From Alphaproteobacteria bacterium (GTDB taxonomy: Bacteria; Pseudomonadota; Alphaproteobacteria; GCA-2731375), in the NCBI GenBank assembly GCA_016869175.1, contig VGEV01000002.1, positions 1 through 61,316 on the forward strand: a DNA stretch of 61,316 nucleotides. Reading direction: 5' to 3'. Both the position numbers and the translations under genes were made by a program. A model generated the notes under the pieces. It made no database searches, had not been told where the DNA came from, and saw only the letters and a program-made list of their open reading frames with translations. This document shows, one piece after another, positions 19,415-28,576 of the stretch (its first letter is position 1; the number at the start of each line of letters is the position of its first letter).

Positions 19415-19424
19415 CCCCCCCCCC
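19415..19424 (+). repeat. Homopolymeric C10 tract directly abutting the GTG start of the next gene
   Basis: The sequence TAGTTCCGCCCCCCCCCCGTG lies between the DUF58 stop (19409) and the GTG at 19425. Confidence 0.9.
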
Positions 19425-22181
19425 GTGTGGCAACTCGGTCCGCTGGCTTTCCTCAATCCCTGGCTGCTGCTGGGCCTGTTCAGCCTGCCCGTGATCTGGT
19501 GGCTGTTGCGGGTGACGCCGCCCGCCCCGCGCCGCATCACGCTGCCGTCGATCCGCCTGCTGTTCGGCCTGCCGCAGACCGAGGAGACGCCGGCCAAGAC
19601 GCCGCTTTGGCTACTGCTGCTGCGGCTGTTGCTGGCGGCGTTGGCGATCCTGGCGCTCGCCCACCCGCTGTGGAACCCGATCGGCCGCGAGGCCGGCGAG
19701 GCGCCGCTGCTGGTGGTGGTCGACGATGGCTGGGCCGCCGCCAGCCGCTGGGCGGAGCGCCAGCAGACGCTGGCGGAGATTGGCGACCGGGCGGTGCGCG
19801 AGCGTCGGCCGCTGCTGCTGCTGGCGACGGCGCCGCCGCTGGCCGATGGGCCGGTGACGGCGACGCGTCTGCTGACGCCCAGCGAGGGGCGCGCCCAACT
19901 GCTGGCGCTGCAGCCCAAGCCTTGGCCAAGCGATCGGCGGGCAGCGGCCGCGGCGTTGGCGGCGGTTCGCCTGGAGGATCGCGTCCAGGTGCTGTGGCTG
20001 GCCGACGGTCTGGACGACGGCCATGCCGCCGGTCTTGCGGCGGAACTGGCGAATTTCGGCCCGATCACCCTGTTCGAGGATGGCGGCGGGCGGCGGCCGC
20101 TGGCGGTGTTGCCGCCGGCCGAACTGAGCGGCGGCACGGGGCTGCGGGTCGCCGTGCTGCGCGCCGGCGCCCTTTCGGGCGAGCGCTGGCTCAGGCTCAG
20201 CGCCGATGGCGGCCGGCTGCTGGCCCGCGCGCCGGTCGCCTGGGAGCCGGGCGCCGCCCGTGCCGAAGCAGTGCTGGACCTACCGGACGATCTGCGCAAC
20301 GAGGCGGTGCGCCTGGAACTGGAGGGCGAGGCCTCGGCCGGTGCGGTGGTGCTGCTGGACGAGCGCTGGCGCCGCCGGCCGGTCGGCGTGCTGTCGGGCG
20401 CCGGGATCGAGGAACGGGCGCAGCCCCTGTTGTCGCATGCGCACTACCTGTTGCGTGCGCTGGAGCCCTTCTCGCAGGTGCACCAGGACGAACTCGCGGC
20501 GCTGTTGGCGCGACCGCTGGCGATGTTGGTGCTGGCCGACGTCGGACAGCTGCCTCCGGCCGAGCGGCAGCGGCTGACGGCCTGGATCGAGGCTGGTGGC
20601 GTACTGGTGCGCTTCGCCGGGCCGAAGCTGGCGCAGAACGCCGACGAACTGGTGCCGGTGGCGCTGCGATCGGGCGGCCGCGCGTTGGGCGGTGCGATGT
20701 CCTGGACGACGCCGGCACGCATTGCCAGCTTCGCCGAGGAGGGGCCGTTCGCCGGCCTGCGGCCACCGGACGACGTGACCGTGTCCAGCCAGGTGCTGGC
20801 CGAGCCTTCGCTCGAGCTCGATGGCAAGACCTGGGCGCGGCTGGCCGACGGCACGCCCTTGGTGACCGGCGAGCGGCGCGGTCGCGGCTGGTTGGTCCTG
20901 TTCCACATCACCGCCAACACCACTTGGTCGAACCTGGCGCTGTCGGGCAGTTTCGTCGAGATGTTGCGCCGGCTGGTGGCGCTGGGGCAGGGGGTGAGCG
21001 ACGGCGAGGCCGGGCGGCTGCTGCCGCCCTTGCTGAGCCTGGACGGTTTCGGCCGGCTCGACCGGCCCTTGCCGGCCGCCTTGCCGATCGCCAGCGACAA
21101 GCTGTTGGGCACGCCCGCCGGCCCGCGCACGCCGCCCGGCTTCTATGGCACGCAAGAGGCGCGTCGCGCGCTCAATCTGACCACCGCCGTCACGGGCTTG
21201 GCGCCGCTGCCGCGCTTCGATCAGCCGATCGCCTGGGCCACCTATGCCGAACGCGGCGAGCGCGATCTCAAGCCCTGGCTGCTGACCGTCGCCATCGTTC
21301 TGGCATTGCTGGACCTGCTGGCGGTGCTGGGGTTGCGCGGCGTGCTGCCGCTGCCGGCGCCGCGGCCAGCCGGGGCGGCGCTGGCGCTGTGCCTGCTGGC
21401 GATGCCCGACCGGGCCGCGGCCCAGTCGCGCCCGACCCAGGGTGCCGACGCCTTCGCCCTGCAGGCGACGCTGGAGACCCGGCTTGCCTATGTGCAGACG
21501 GGCGAAGCCGAGGTCGACGAGATGAGCCGCGCCGGGCTGTTCGGCCTAGGCGAGATGTTGCGCCGACGCACTTCGGCCGAACTCGCCGACCCGATGGGCG
21601 TCGATGTGGAGCGTGACGACCTGGTGTTCTTCCCGCTGCTCTACTGGCCGGTGGTGGCCGCTCAGCGCGCGTTGAGCGACGCGGCGATCGGTCGGCTCGG
21701 CGCCTACATGCGCACGGGCGGTACCATTGTCTTCGACACGCGCGACGCCAACACCGTGGCGCCCGGCCTGGGGTGGGAATTGGGCCGCGGCGGCGTCAAT
21801 GCCGAGAAGCTGCGCCAGATACTGCGCCGCCTGGACATTCCGCCCCTTGTCCCGGTGCCGCAGGACCACATTCTGACCAAGGCGTTCTACCTCATGCAGG
21901 ATTTTCCCGGCCGGCATGTCGGCGGCAGGGTCTGGGTGGAGATCCGCCCCGGCGGGGTGAACGACGGCGTGTCGGCGGTGGTGATCGGCGCCAACGACTG
22001 GGCGGCGGCCTGGGCGACCGATGCCGAAGGCCGCCCCCTGGCGGCGGTGGTGCCGGGGGGGCAACGCCAGCGCGAACAGGCCTACCGGTTCGGCATCAAC
22101 CTGGTGATGTACACGTTGACCGGGAACTACAAGGCCGATCAGGTGCATGTGCCAGCAATCCTGGAACGGCTGGGGCAGTAG
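19425..22181 (+). CDS. Membrane protein with a BatA-type N-terminal double-TM domain and a C-terminal DUF4159 domain
   Basis: 918 aa. The N-terminus FLNPWLLLGLFSLPVIWWLLR is the aerotolerance-regulator N-terminal type. The C-terminal region TGGTIVFDTRD...NLVMYTLTGNYKADQVH is DUF4159-like. Confidence 0.85.
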   Translation: MWQLGPLAFLNPWLLLGLFSLPVIWWLLRVTPPAPRRITLPSIRLLFGLPQTEETPAKTPLWLLLLRLLLAALAILALAHPLWNPIGREAGEAPLLVVVDDGWAAASRWAERQQTLAEIGDRAVRERRPLLLLATAPPLADGPVTATRLLTPSEGRAQLLALQPKPWPSDRRAAAAALAAVRLEDRVQVLWLADGLDDGHAAGLAAELANFGPITLFEDGGGRRPLAVLPPAELSGGTGLRVAVLRAGALSGERWLRLSADGGRLLARAPVAWEPGAARAEAVLDLPDDLRNEAVRLELEGEASAGAVVLLDERWRRRPVGVLSGAGIEERAQPLLSHAHYLLRALEPFSQVHQDELAALLARPLAMLVLADVGQLPPAERQRLTAWIEAGGVLVRFAGPKLAQNADELVPVALRSGGRALGGAMSWTTPARIASFAEEGPFAGLRPPDDVTVSSQVLAEPSLELDGKTWARLADGTPLVTGERRGRGWLVLFHITANTTWSNLALSGSFVEMLRRLVALGQGVSDGEAGRLLPPLLSLDGFGRLDRPLPAALPIASDKLLGTPAGPRTPPGFYGTQEARRALNLTTAVTGLAPLPRFDQPIAWATYAERGERDLKPWLLTVAIVLALLDLLAVLGLRGVLPLPAPRPAGAALALCLLAMPDRAAAQSRPTQGADAFALQATLETRLAYVQTGEAEVDEMSRAGLFGLGEMLRRRTSAELADPMGVDVERDDLVFFPLLYWPVVAAQRALSDAAIGRLGAYMRTGGTIVFDTRDANTVAPGLGWELGRGGVNAEKLRQILRRLDIPPLVPVPQDHILTKAFYLMQDFPGRHVGGRVWVEIRPGGVNDGVSAVVIGANDWAAAWATDAEGRPLAAVVPGGQRQREQAYRFGINLVMYTLTGNYKADQVHVPAILERLGQ

Positions 22182-22184
22182 ACC

Positions 22185-24269
22185 ATGCCGCGCGGGCTGA
22201 CCACGGCCGAGATCGACGTCCTGCCGCTGTTGCCCTGGCCGGTGCTGGCGCTGCTGGGGTTGGCGGCCGTCTTGCTTTGCGGCTTCGCCTTGTGGCGGCG
22301 GGTGCCGGGCGCGCTGGCTCGGCTCGGCTTGCTGGCTTTGGGCCTGGCGGCGCTTGTCAATCCGGTGCTGGTGCGCCAGGAGCGCGAGCCGCTGGCCGAC
22401 GTCGCGTTGCTGCTGGTCGACGAATCGCCCAGCCAGACCGTGGGCAACCGGCCACGCCAGGTGGCGGCGGCGAGCGACGAGCTCAAGACCCGGCTGGCGG
22501 CGGAACCCGGCTTGGAACTGCGTGTTGTCAGCGCGGCCAAGGGCGGCGAGGCGATCGACAGCGATGCCGGCACGCGGCTGATGCCGGCAATGGCCCGCGC
22601 GCTGGCAGACGTTCCGCGCGACCGGCTGGCCGGGGTGATCCTGCTGACCGATGGCGAGGTGCATGACAGCGTCGGCGAAATCCAGCGCGCCGATCCGGGC
22701 GCGCCGGTCCACGTGCTGCTGTCGGGCGAACGCCGCGAACGCGACCGGCGACTTGTCGTGGAGCAGGTGCCGCGCTACGGCATCGTCGGCGAGCAGCTTT
22801 CCTTTGCCCTCAAGGTCGACGACCAGGGCGACCGGCCGGAACGCAGCGCGCGGGTGACCTTGCGCCACGAAGACGGTCGCAGCGTGACGCAAACCGTGCG
22901 CGTAGGCGCGCCGCACGTGTTGCCGTTCAGCCTGCAGCACGGCGGGCAGACGGTGTTCGAGGCCGAGGTGGAAGGCCTGCCCGGCGGCGAACTCACGACA
23001 CGCAACAACCGCGTCACCTTTGCCGTCAACGGCGTACGCGACCGCCTGCGCGTGCTGCTGGTCTCCGGCGAGCCGCATCCGGGCGAGCGTACTTGGCGCA
23101 ACATCCTGAAGGCCGACCCGGCGGTCGATCTGGTGCATTTCACCATCCTGCGCCCGCCGGAGAAGCAGGATGGCACGCCGATCCGCGAATTGTCGCTGAT
23201 CTCGTTCCCGACCCGCGAACTGTTCGAGGTCAAGCTGGACGAGTTCGACCTGATCATCTTCGACCGCTACCGTCGGCGCGGCATCCTGCCGGATGCCTAC
23301 CTGCGCAACGTCGCCGAGTACGTGGAGAAAGGCGGCGCGGTGCTGATCGGCGCCGGTCCCGACTATGCGACGCCGCTCAGCCTGCATCGCTCGCCATTGT
23401 CGAGCATCCTGCCGACCGAGCCGAGCGGCGAGATCGCCACTGGCGGCTTTCGCCCGCGGCTCAGCAAGGTTGGCCGCCGCCATCCGGTGACCGCCGACTT
23501 GCCGGGCGGTGGCGGAACGGAACCGGCCTGGGGACGCTGGTTCCGACTGATCCTGGCCGATGCGCGCCGCGGCGAGACCTTGCTGACCGATGTCGACAAC
23601 CGGCCGGTGCTCATCGTCGACCGGGTCGGCAAGGGCCGGGTGGCGCAACTGTTGTCGGACCACATCTGGCTATGGGCGCGCGGCTTCGAGGGTGGCGGGC
23701 CGCAGGCGGAATTGTTGCGCCGGCTGGCGCATTGGTCGATGCAGGAGCCGGACCTGGAGGAAGAGGATCTGCGCGCGCACGCCGACGGGCAAAGGCTCAG
23801 CGTCAGCCGGCGCACGTTGGCGGAAAGCGCCGAGCCGGTGCAGATCACCCTGCCGTCCGGCGAGGTCCACACCCTGGCACTCGAGGCGCGTGGCGATGGC
23901 CAGTTCCGCGCTGCCCTCAACGTCGAAGCGCCGGGCCTCTACCGGCTGCGCGACGGGGCGCGTTCGGCGGTGGTCGCGGTCGGCGCGCTCAATCCGCGCG
24001 AGTATGCCGACCTGAGGGCGACGGCGCACTACTTGCGCCCGCTGGCCCAGGCAAGTGGCGGCGAGGTGTTCTGGCTGCAGGACGGGGTGCCGGCCATTCG
24101 CCGCGTTTCGCCGGGCCGCGACGCCGCCGGCCGGCAATGGCTGGGCTTGCGAGCGAACCAGGCGTTCGTGGTGCGCGGCGTCGAAACGACAGCGCTGTTG
24201 CCGGCACTGGTCGTGCTGAGCGGCCTGCTCGCCCTTGCCATGCTGGCCTGGTATCGCGAGGGCCGTTAG
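22185..24269 (+). CDS. Membrane protein with vWA-like and class-I glutamine-amidotransferase-like domains (fourth gene of the MoxR operon)
   Basis: 694 aa with two N-terminal TM helices and one C-terminal TM helix. It has LLLVDESPSQ...LLTDGEVHD (vWA-like) and LLVSGEPHPGERTWRN...FDLIIFD. Confidence 0.72.
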   Translation: MPRGLTTAEIDVLPLLPWPVLALLGLAAVLLCGFALWRRVPGALARLGLLALGLAALVNPVLVRQEREPLADVALLLVDESPSQTVGNRPRQVAAASDELKTRLAAEPGLELRVVSAAKGGEAIDSDAGTRLMPAMARALADVPRDRLAGVILLTDGEVHDSVGEIQRADPGAPVHVLLSGERRERDRRLVVEQVPRYGIVGEQLSFALKVDDQGDRPERSARVTLRHEDGRSVTQTVRVGAPHVLPFSLQHGGQTVFEAEVEGLPGGELTTRNNRVTFAVNGVRDRLRVLLVSGEPHPGERTWRNILKADPAVDLVHFTILRPPEKQDGTPIRELSLISFPTRELFEVKLDEFDLIIFDRYRRRGILPDAYLRNVAEYVEKGGAVLIGAGPDYATPLSLHRSPLSSILPTEPSGEIATGGFRPRLSKVGRRHPVTADLPGGGGTEPAWGRWFRLILADARRGETLLTDVDNRPVLIVDRVGKGRVAQLLSDHIWLWARGFEGGGPQAELLRRLAHWSMQEPDLEEEDLRAHADGQRLSVSRRTLAESAEPVQITLPSGEVHTLALEARGDGQFRAALNVEAPGLYRLRDGARSAVVAVGALNPREYADLRATAHYLRPLAQASGGEVFWLQDGVPAIRRVSPGRDAAGRQWLGLRANQAFVVRGVETTALLPALVVLSGLLALAMLAWYREGR

Positions 24270-24781
24270 GCGGTCCTTCGATATGCGAGGTCCGACCGCG
24301 ATTTCTCGACCGCTCCCTTGAGGCCGCGCGCGGCGCCGGGCGCCAATTCCAGGCCGAGGAAGCGCCGTGCCTCGACCGGGCCCGGCAGCACGAGGCGCTC
24401 CGCAACGGCGCGGCGGAAGCCGAAGCGCTCGTAATACTCGGGATCGCCGACCAGGATGACCAGGCGATGGCCGAGCGCCCTTGCGGCGGCCAGGCTGTGC
24501 CACATCAGCGCCACGCCATAGCCCTTGCCGCGCTCGGCCGGCTCGATCGCCAGCGGCCCAAGCAGGAGAGCTTCCTGACCGGCGATCGACACCGGCCAAT
24601 AGCGGATCGTCGCCTTCAAGACGCCGTCCGCGCGGCCGGTGAAGCAGAGCGCGTCAATCGGTGCCACGCCCTCGCGCAGCCGGTAAGAGGTCTTGGCATG
24701 GCGGTCGGCGCCGAAAGCCCGATCGAGCAAGGTCTCGATCTCGTCGGCGTCCTGCCGCCGTTCGTTGGCGATCACATACAT
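24266..24781 (-). CDS. GNAT family N-acetyltransferase
   Basis: Internal ATG (MYVIANERRQDADEI...). It has the acetyl-CoA motif ERGKGYGVALM. Confidence 0.85.
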   Translation of the reverse strand: MYVIANERRQDADEIETLLDRAFGADRHAKTSYRLREGVAPIDALCFTGRADGVLKATIRYWPVSIAGQEALLLGPLAIEPAERGKGYGVALMWHSLAAARALGHRLVILVGDPEYYERFGFRRAVAERLVLPGPVEARRFLGLELAPGAARGLKGAVEKSRSDLAYRRTA

Positions 24782-25024
24782 GACAGAGTCCCGTAAGGCT
24801 GTGCGGTCGTGAGAAGGATGCGGTGTCGAAGGCCGGCCGGGCCGGCAACAGGGCGCACCGCCGTCGCCTTCTAGGCGCGGGTGCCCCACGTCACTCGTCG
24901 TCGCAGCCGCAAGCCAGCGGACATCGCCGCCACACTCCCCGTTCCGGGACCAGCAGCCTATAGCGGAAAATCATCGGGGCGCCAATACTGCCGGCCGTGC
25001 AAGACGAAGGGGGCGGGCTTGGGT

Positions 25025-25933
25025 GTGCTCGAGGGCAAGGTTTGCCTGATCACCGGCGGCGGCCGGGGCATCGGCCGGGAAGTGGCGCTGGCCATGGTCA
25101 AGGCCGGCGCCGCGGTGCTGGTCAACGACCCGGGCGCCAGCCTGGGCGGCGAAGGCCACGATCTGGCGCCGGCGGAGGCGGTGGTCAGGGAAATTGCCGC
25201 TTCGGGCGGCCGGGCGGCGGCCAATGCCGACAGCGTGACCGATGGGGCCGGCGCCCGCCGCATGGTGGCCGAGGCGGTCGAGCGGTTCGGCCGGCTGGAT
25301 GCGGTGGTGAACGTCGCCGGCATCCTGCGCGACGCCATGTTCCACAAGATGGACGAGGCGCAGTGGCGCGCGGTGATCGATGTGCACCTGAACGGCAGCT
25401 TTCTGGTCAGCCGCGCCGCGGTGGAACGGTTCCGCGCCCAGCAAGCGGGCAGCCTGGTACATTTCACTTCGACCTCGGGTCTCGTCGGCAATATCGGCCA
25501 GGCGAACTACGCGGCGGCGAAAATGGGCATCGTCGGCCTGTCGCGCTCGATCGCCCTGGAAGGTCAGCGCTATGGCGTGCGCTCCAACTGCGTCTCGCCC
25601 TTCGCCTGGACCCGCATGGTCGAAGCCATTCCGGTGCAGAGCGAGGCGCAGCTGCGTGCCTTCGAGAAGTTCCGTGCCCACGCCACCGCGGCGCAGGTGG
25701 CGCCGCTCGTCGTCTATCTGGCCAGCGAAGCAGCCAAGGCCGTATCGGGGCAGATCTTCGGCGTGCGCGGTAACGAGATCTACCTGATGAGCCAGCCGCG
25801 CCCGATCCGCAGCCTGCATCGCGGCGACGGCTGGACGCCCGAGCGGCTGGCCGAGACGCTGGTGCCGGCGCTGTCGCGCGAGCTGACGCCGCTGGAAGGC
25901 ACCAACGAATACTTCGCCTGGGACCCGATCTGA
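25025..25933 (+). CDS. SDR family oxidoreductase (about 300 aa, hydroxyacyl-CoA-dehydrogenase-like)
   Basis: It has ITGGGRGIG, NVAG and YAAAK. There is no ATG before the Rossmann motif, so the start is either GTG at 25025 or TTG at 25019, downstream of GAAGGGGG. Confidence 0.82.
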   Translation: MLEGKVCLITGGGRGIGREVALAMVKAGAAVLVNDPGASLGGEGHDLAPAEAVVREIAASGGRAAANADSVTDGAGARRMVAEAVERFGRLDAVVNVAGILRDAMFHKMDEAQWRAVIDVHLNGSFLVSRAAVERFRAQQAGSLVHFTSTSGLVGNIGQANYAAAKMGIVGLSRSIALEGQRYGVRSNCVSPFAWTRMVEAIPVQSEAQLRAFEKFRAHATAAQVAPLVVYLASEAAKAVSGQIFGVRGNEIYLMSQPRPIRSLHRGDGWTPERLAETLVPALSRELTPLEGTNEYFAWDPI

Positions 25934-25944
25934 GGAGACGCCGT

Positions 25945-26568
25945 ATGCATTTCGATCCCGCCGTCACCATGCGGCCCCCGCCCTTGAAGCACAATCCCTA
26001 CACCGCCCTGGTCATGCCGCGGCCGATCGGCTGGGTCAGCACCATCGGCAAGGACGGCATCGTCAACCTGGCGCCCTATTCCTTCTTCAACGCGGTGGCG
26101 GGCGACCCGCCTTGCGTCATGTTCTGCGCCAACGGCCGCAACCGGCACGACGGGGGCGAGAAGGACAGCTTGCGCAACGTGCGCGAGGTGCCGGAATTCG
26201 TGTGGAACCTGTGCACCTACGACCTGCGCGAGGAGATGAACGCCACCTCCGAGCATTTTCCGCGCGGCGTCGACGAGATGGCCAAGGCGGGCCTGGCGCC
26301 GGCGGCCTCGACCAAGGTCCGGCCGCCGCGCGTGGCGCGGGCCAAGGTGGCGCTGGAATGCGTGGTCTACCGCATCGTCGACCTGCCGCCGACACATGAT
26401 GGCGCCAGCAACAACATGGTGATCGGCCGCGTGGTCTGCGTGCACGTCGCCGACGAGGCGATCAGCGATGGCAAGATCGACGTGCTGAAGCTGAAGCCGA
26501 TGGCCCGGCTCGGCTATTTCGACTACGCCGTGATCGACGACTTCATCACCCTGTTGCGGCCGGATTGA
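25945..26568 (+). CDS. Flavin reductase-like (FMN-binding split-barrel) protein
   Basis: 207 aa with RPIGWVSTIGKDGIVNLAPYSFFNAV, typical of the flavin reductase-like domain. It lies 11 nt after the SDR gene. Confidence 0.87.
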   Translation: MHFDPAVTMRPPPLKHNPYTALVMPRPIGWVSTIGKDGIVNLAPYSFFNAVAGDPPCVMFCANGRNRHDGGEKDSLRNVREVPEFVWNLCTYDLREEMNATSEHFPRGVDEMAKAGLAPAASTKVRPPRVARAKVALECVVYRIVDLPPTHDGASNNMVIGRVVCVHVADEAISDGKIDVLKLKPMARLGYFDYAVIDDFITLLRPD

Positions 26569-26624
26569 GCCTGCGGCGGCCTGGCCGGGCGCGTCACTGC
26601 CGGGGCGCCGACCGGCAAGCGCGG

Positions 26625-27005
26625 CTAGGGCTCTGGCGCTTGAGCGCCGTCGGCCGACTTGGTGTTCTGCCATTCGTCGAGGTCGAGATAGGCGAAGCTG
26701 GCCACGTCGGTCTTGCCGTTCTCGCGCAAATCGGTCAGGACCGCGACCGCCCGGGCCGCATCGATCTCCAGTAGATGGGTCGCGGCGACGTAACGGACGG
26801 TCTCGATCTTGTCCTGCAACAGCGGGAGCAGCAGATGGCGAGCATCGGGCGTTCGGGATTTAATTTCCGCGACGATGGCATGTATGCGATCGACGGATCG
26901 ATTGTATTCCGCCGGCCCAAGCGCGAAATGGCCCTTTCTGGCCGCCTCCCAAAATAGCGTGAAAAGCTGTTCCGGGGTCTTCGACCTGAGCTCGTCCTTG
27001 ATCAT
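26625..27005 (-). CDS. DUF2019 domain protein (helical repeat)
   Basis: Internal ATG at 27005 (MIKDELRSKTPEQLFTLFWEAA...[21 protein letters not shown]). GC content is visibly lower than in the flanks. Confidence 0.7.
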   Translation of the reverse strand: MIKDELRSKTPEQLFTLFWEAARKGHFALGPAEYNRSVDRIHAIVAEIKSRTPDARHLLLPLLQDKIETVRYVAATHLLEIDAARAVAVLTDLRENGKTDVASFAYLDLDEWQNTKSADGAQAPEP

Positions 27006-27190
27006 TTGACGGCCCCGTTGCGGCGCATGATGGCCAACGCGTAGCGGTGTTGTTCGTCGAATGGCTTGGTTCGCATGGGCTGATGGATCGTCAGGCCGCC
27101 CAACTTTGCACGCTTCGAGGAGAAATGCGCGCTGACGGCGAGGCGGATCAGCGCCGGAATGCGAAAGGTGTTGCGCGTGTGGCAGACCAT
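27002..27190 (-). CDS. Small hypothetical protein translationally coupled to the DUF2019 gene
   Basis: An ATGA stop/start overlap joins it to the downstream gene. GAGGA lies 5 nt before the ATG at 27190, and a longer form starts at 27232. Third-position GC is high. I recognise no family. Confidence 0.35.
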   Translation of the reverse strand: MVCHTRNTFRIPALIRLAVSAHFSSKRAKLGGLTIHQPMRTKPFDEQHRYALAIMRRNGAVK

Positions 27191-27335
27191 TTCCGTCCTC
27201 ACGCCGGCATGGCCGATGCTGCCGCGCGCCACCGCATGATGGTCGTGAAAGCCGGGCGGGGCGGCCTAGGCCGCCTCGCTGCCGTTCGTCCTCTGGCAGG
27301 ACTACGCCCTGCTGCTCCCGCACGCGGCCGCTCGC

Positions 27336-28574
27336 CTACTCCGCCGCCTTGGCCTGCGCCGGGCTGCCCAGCAACACCGCGCCCTCGGCCGCCAGCTGGC
27401 GCACTTCCTCCGCCGTGTAGCCGGCCTCCAGCAGCACCTCCTCGGTATGCTGGCCGAACACCGGCGCGCCGAACGCCACCTTGCCGGGCGTGTCCTGGAA
27501 CTTGATCGGCAGGCCGATGGTCTTGACGCGGCCGGCGACCGGATGCTGCACCTCGGTCACCATCTCGCGCGCCAGGGTCTGCGGGTCGTTCTGCATCTCG
27601 ATGATGTTGTACAACGGCCCGCACGGCACGCCCGCCTTGTTGAGCCGCGCCAGCGCCTCGGCGGCCGTTAGCTTGCCGAAATGCTTCTCCAGTTCCTCGA
27701 TCAACGCGGCGCGGTTGGCCAGCCGATCCGGACCTTCCTTGAAGCGGGGATCCTCGGCCAGCTGCGGGGCCTCGATGGCGCCCAGCATGGCCTTGTAGAG
27801 CTTGGCGTTGGCGGCGCCGATGTTGATATGGCCGTCCTTGACCCGCACCGCCTGATAGGGCGCGTTCAAGGGATGCGCCGAGCCGATCGGCTGCGGCGCC
27901 ACGCCGCTGGCGAAAGCAATCGCCGACTGCCAATAGGTATGCGTGATGCCGGCCTCCAGCAGCGAGGTGTCGAGCATCTGACCCTGGCCGGTCTTCAGGC
28001 GATGGCCATAGGCCGCCAGCACGCCCATGGTCAGCAGCAGGCCGGCGGTGATATCGCAGATCGGTGCCGCCACCTTGACCGGCGGCCGGCCGGGGCCCTC
28101 GCCGGTGATGCTCATGAGGCCGCTCATGCCTTGCGCGATCAGGTCAAGGCCGGCGCGTTCGGAATAGGGGCCGCTGCGGCCGAAGCCGGAAATGGCGGCG
28201 TAGATGAGGCCGGGATTCTTCTTGCGCAGGCTCTCGTAGTCGAGGCCGAGCCTGGTCATCACGCCCGGACGGTAGTTCTCGGTCACCACGTCGGCGGTTT
28301 CGATCAGGCGGGCCAGCGCCTTGATGCCCCCCGGCTTCTTCATGTCGATGACGATGCCGCGCTTGTTGCGATTCATCATCATGAAGGCGGCGCTCTCGCC
28401 GGCGATGCGGGGCGGCGCGAAGCGTCGCGTGTCGTCGCCGCCGTCCGGCTTCTCCACCTTGATCACGTCGGCGCCCATGTCGGCAAGCATCAAGCCGCAG
28501 GTCGGTCCCGCCATGGCATGGCAGAGCTCGATCACCCGAACGCCCTTCAGCGGTCCTTGCTTCATCATGACCAT
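27336..28574 (-). CDS. CaiB/BaiF family (class III) CoA-transferase
   Basis: It has GVRVIELCHAMAGPTCGLMLADMGADVIKVE and a GRPPVK...DITAG region. The start is chosen from several in-frame candidates (28565-28583). Confidence 0.92.
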   Translation of the reverse strand: MVMMKQGPLKGVRVIELCHAMAGPTCGLMLADMGADVIKVEKPDGGDDTRRFAPPRIAGESAAFMMMNRNKRGIVIDMKKPGGIKALARLIETADVVTENYRPGVMTRLGLDYESLRKKNPGLIYAAISGFGRSGPYSERAGLDLIAQGMSGLMSITGEGPGRPPVKVAAPICDITAGLLLTMGVLAAYGHRLKTGQGQMLDTSLLEAGITHTYWQSAIAFASGVAPQPIGSAHPLNAPYQAVRVKDGHINIGAANAKLYKAMLGAIEAPQLAEDPRFKEGPDRLANRAALIEELEKHFGKLTAAEALARLNKAGVPCGPLYNIIEMQNDPQTLAREMVTEVQHPVAGRVKTIGLPIKFQDTPGKVAFGAPVFGQHTEEVLLEAGYTAEEVRQLAAEGAVLLGSPAQAKAAE

Positions 28575-28576
28575 GG

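Noticed and set aside
19307-23663. Alternative-frame and antisense ORFs of 769 aa (+) and 705 aa (-) over the MoxR-operon membrane genes, with similar cases at 36387-38816, 40531-43110, 50069-52261 and 52265-54697
   Set aside because: Their compositions are Arg/Ala/Gly/Pro-rich and they lack motifs. They overlap genes with clear family signatures, so I treat them as GC-composition artefacts.
17503-24269. The MoxR operon as a vWA-MoxR type conflict/defence system
   Set aside because: The gene set (DUF58, BatA_N double-TM, DUF4159) and its position beside the core genes DUF1285, NUDIX and cca match the housekeeping Bat-like envelope operon. There are no effector, protease or STAND components.
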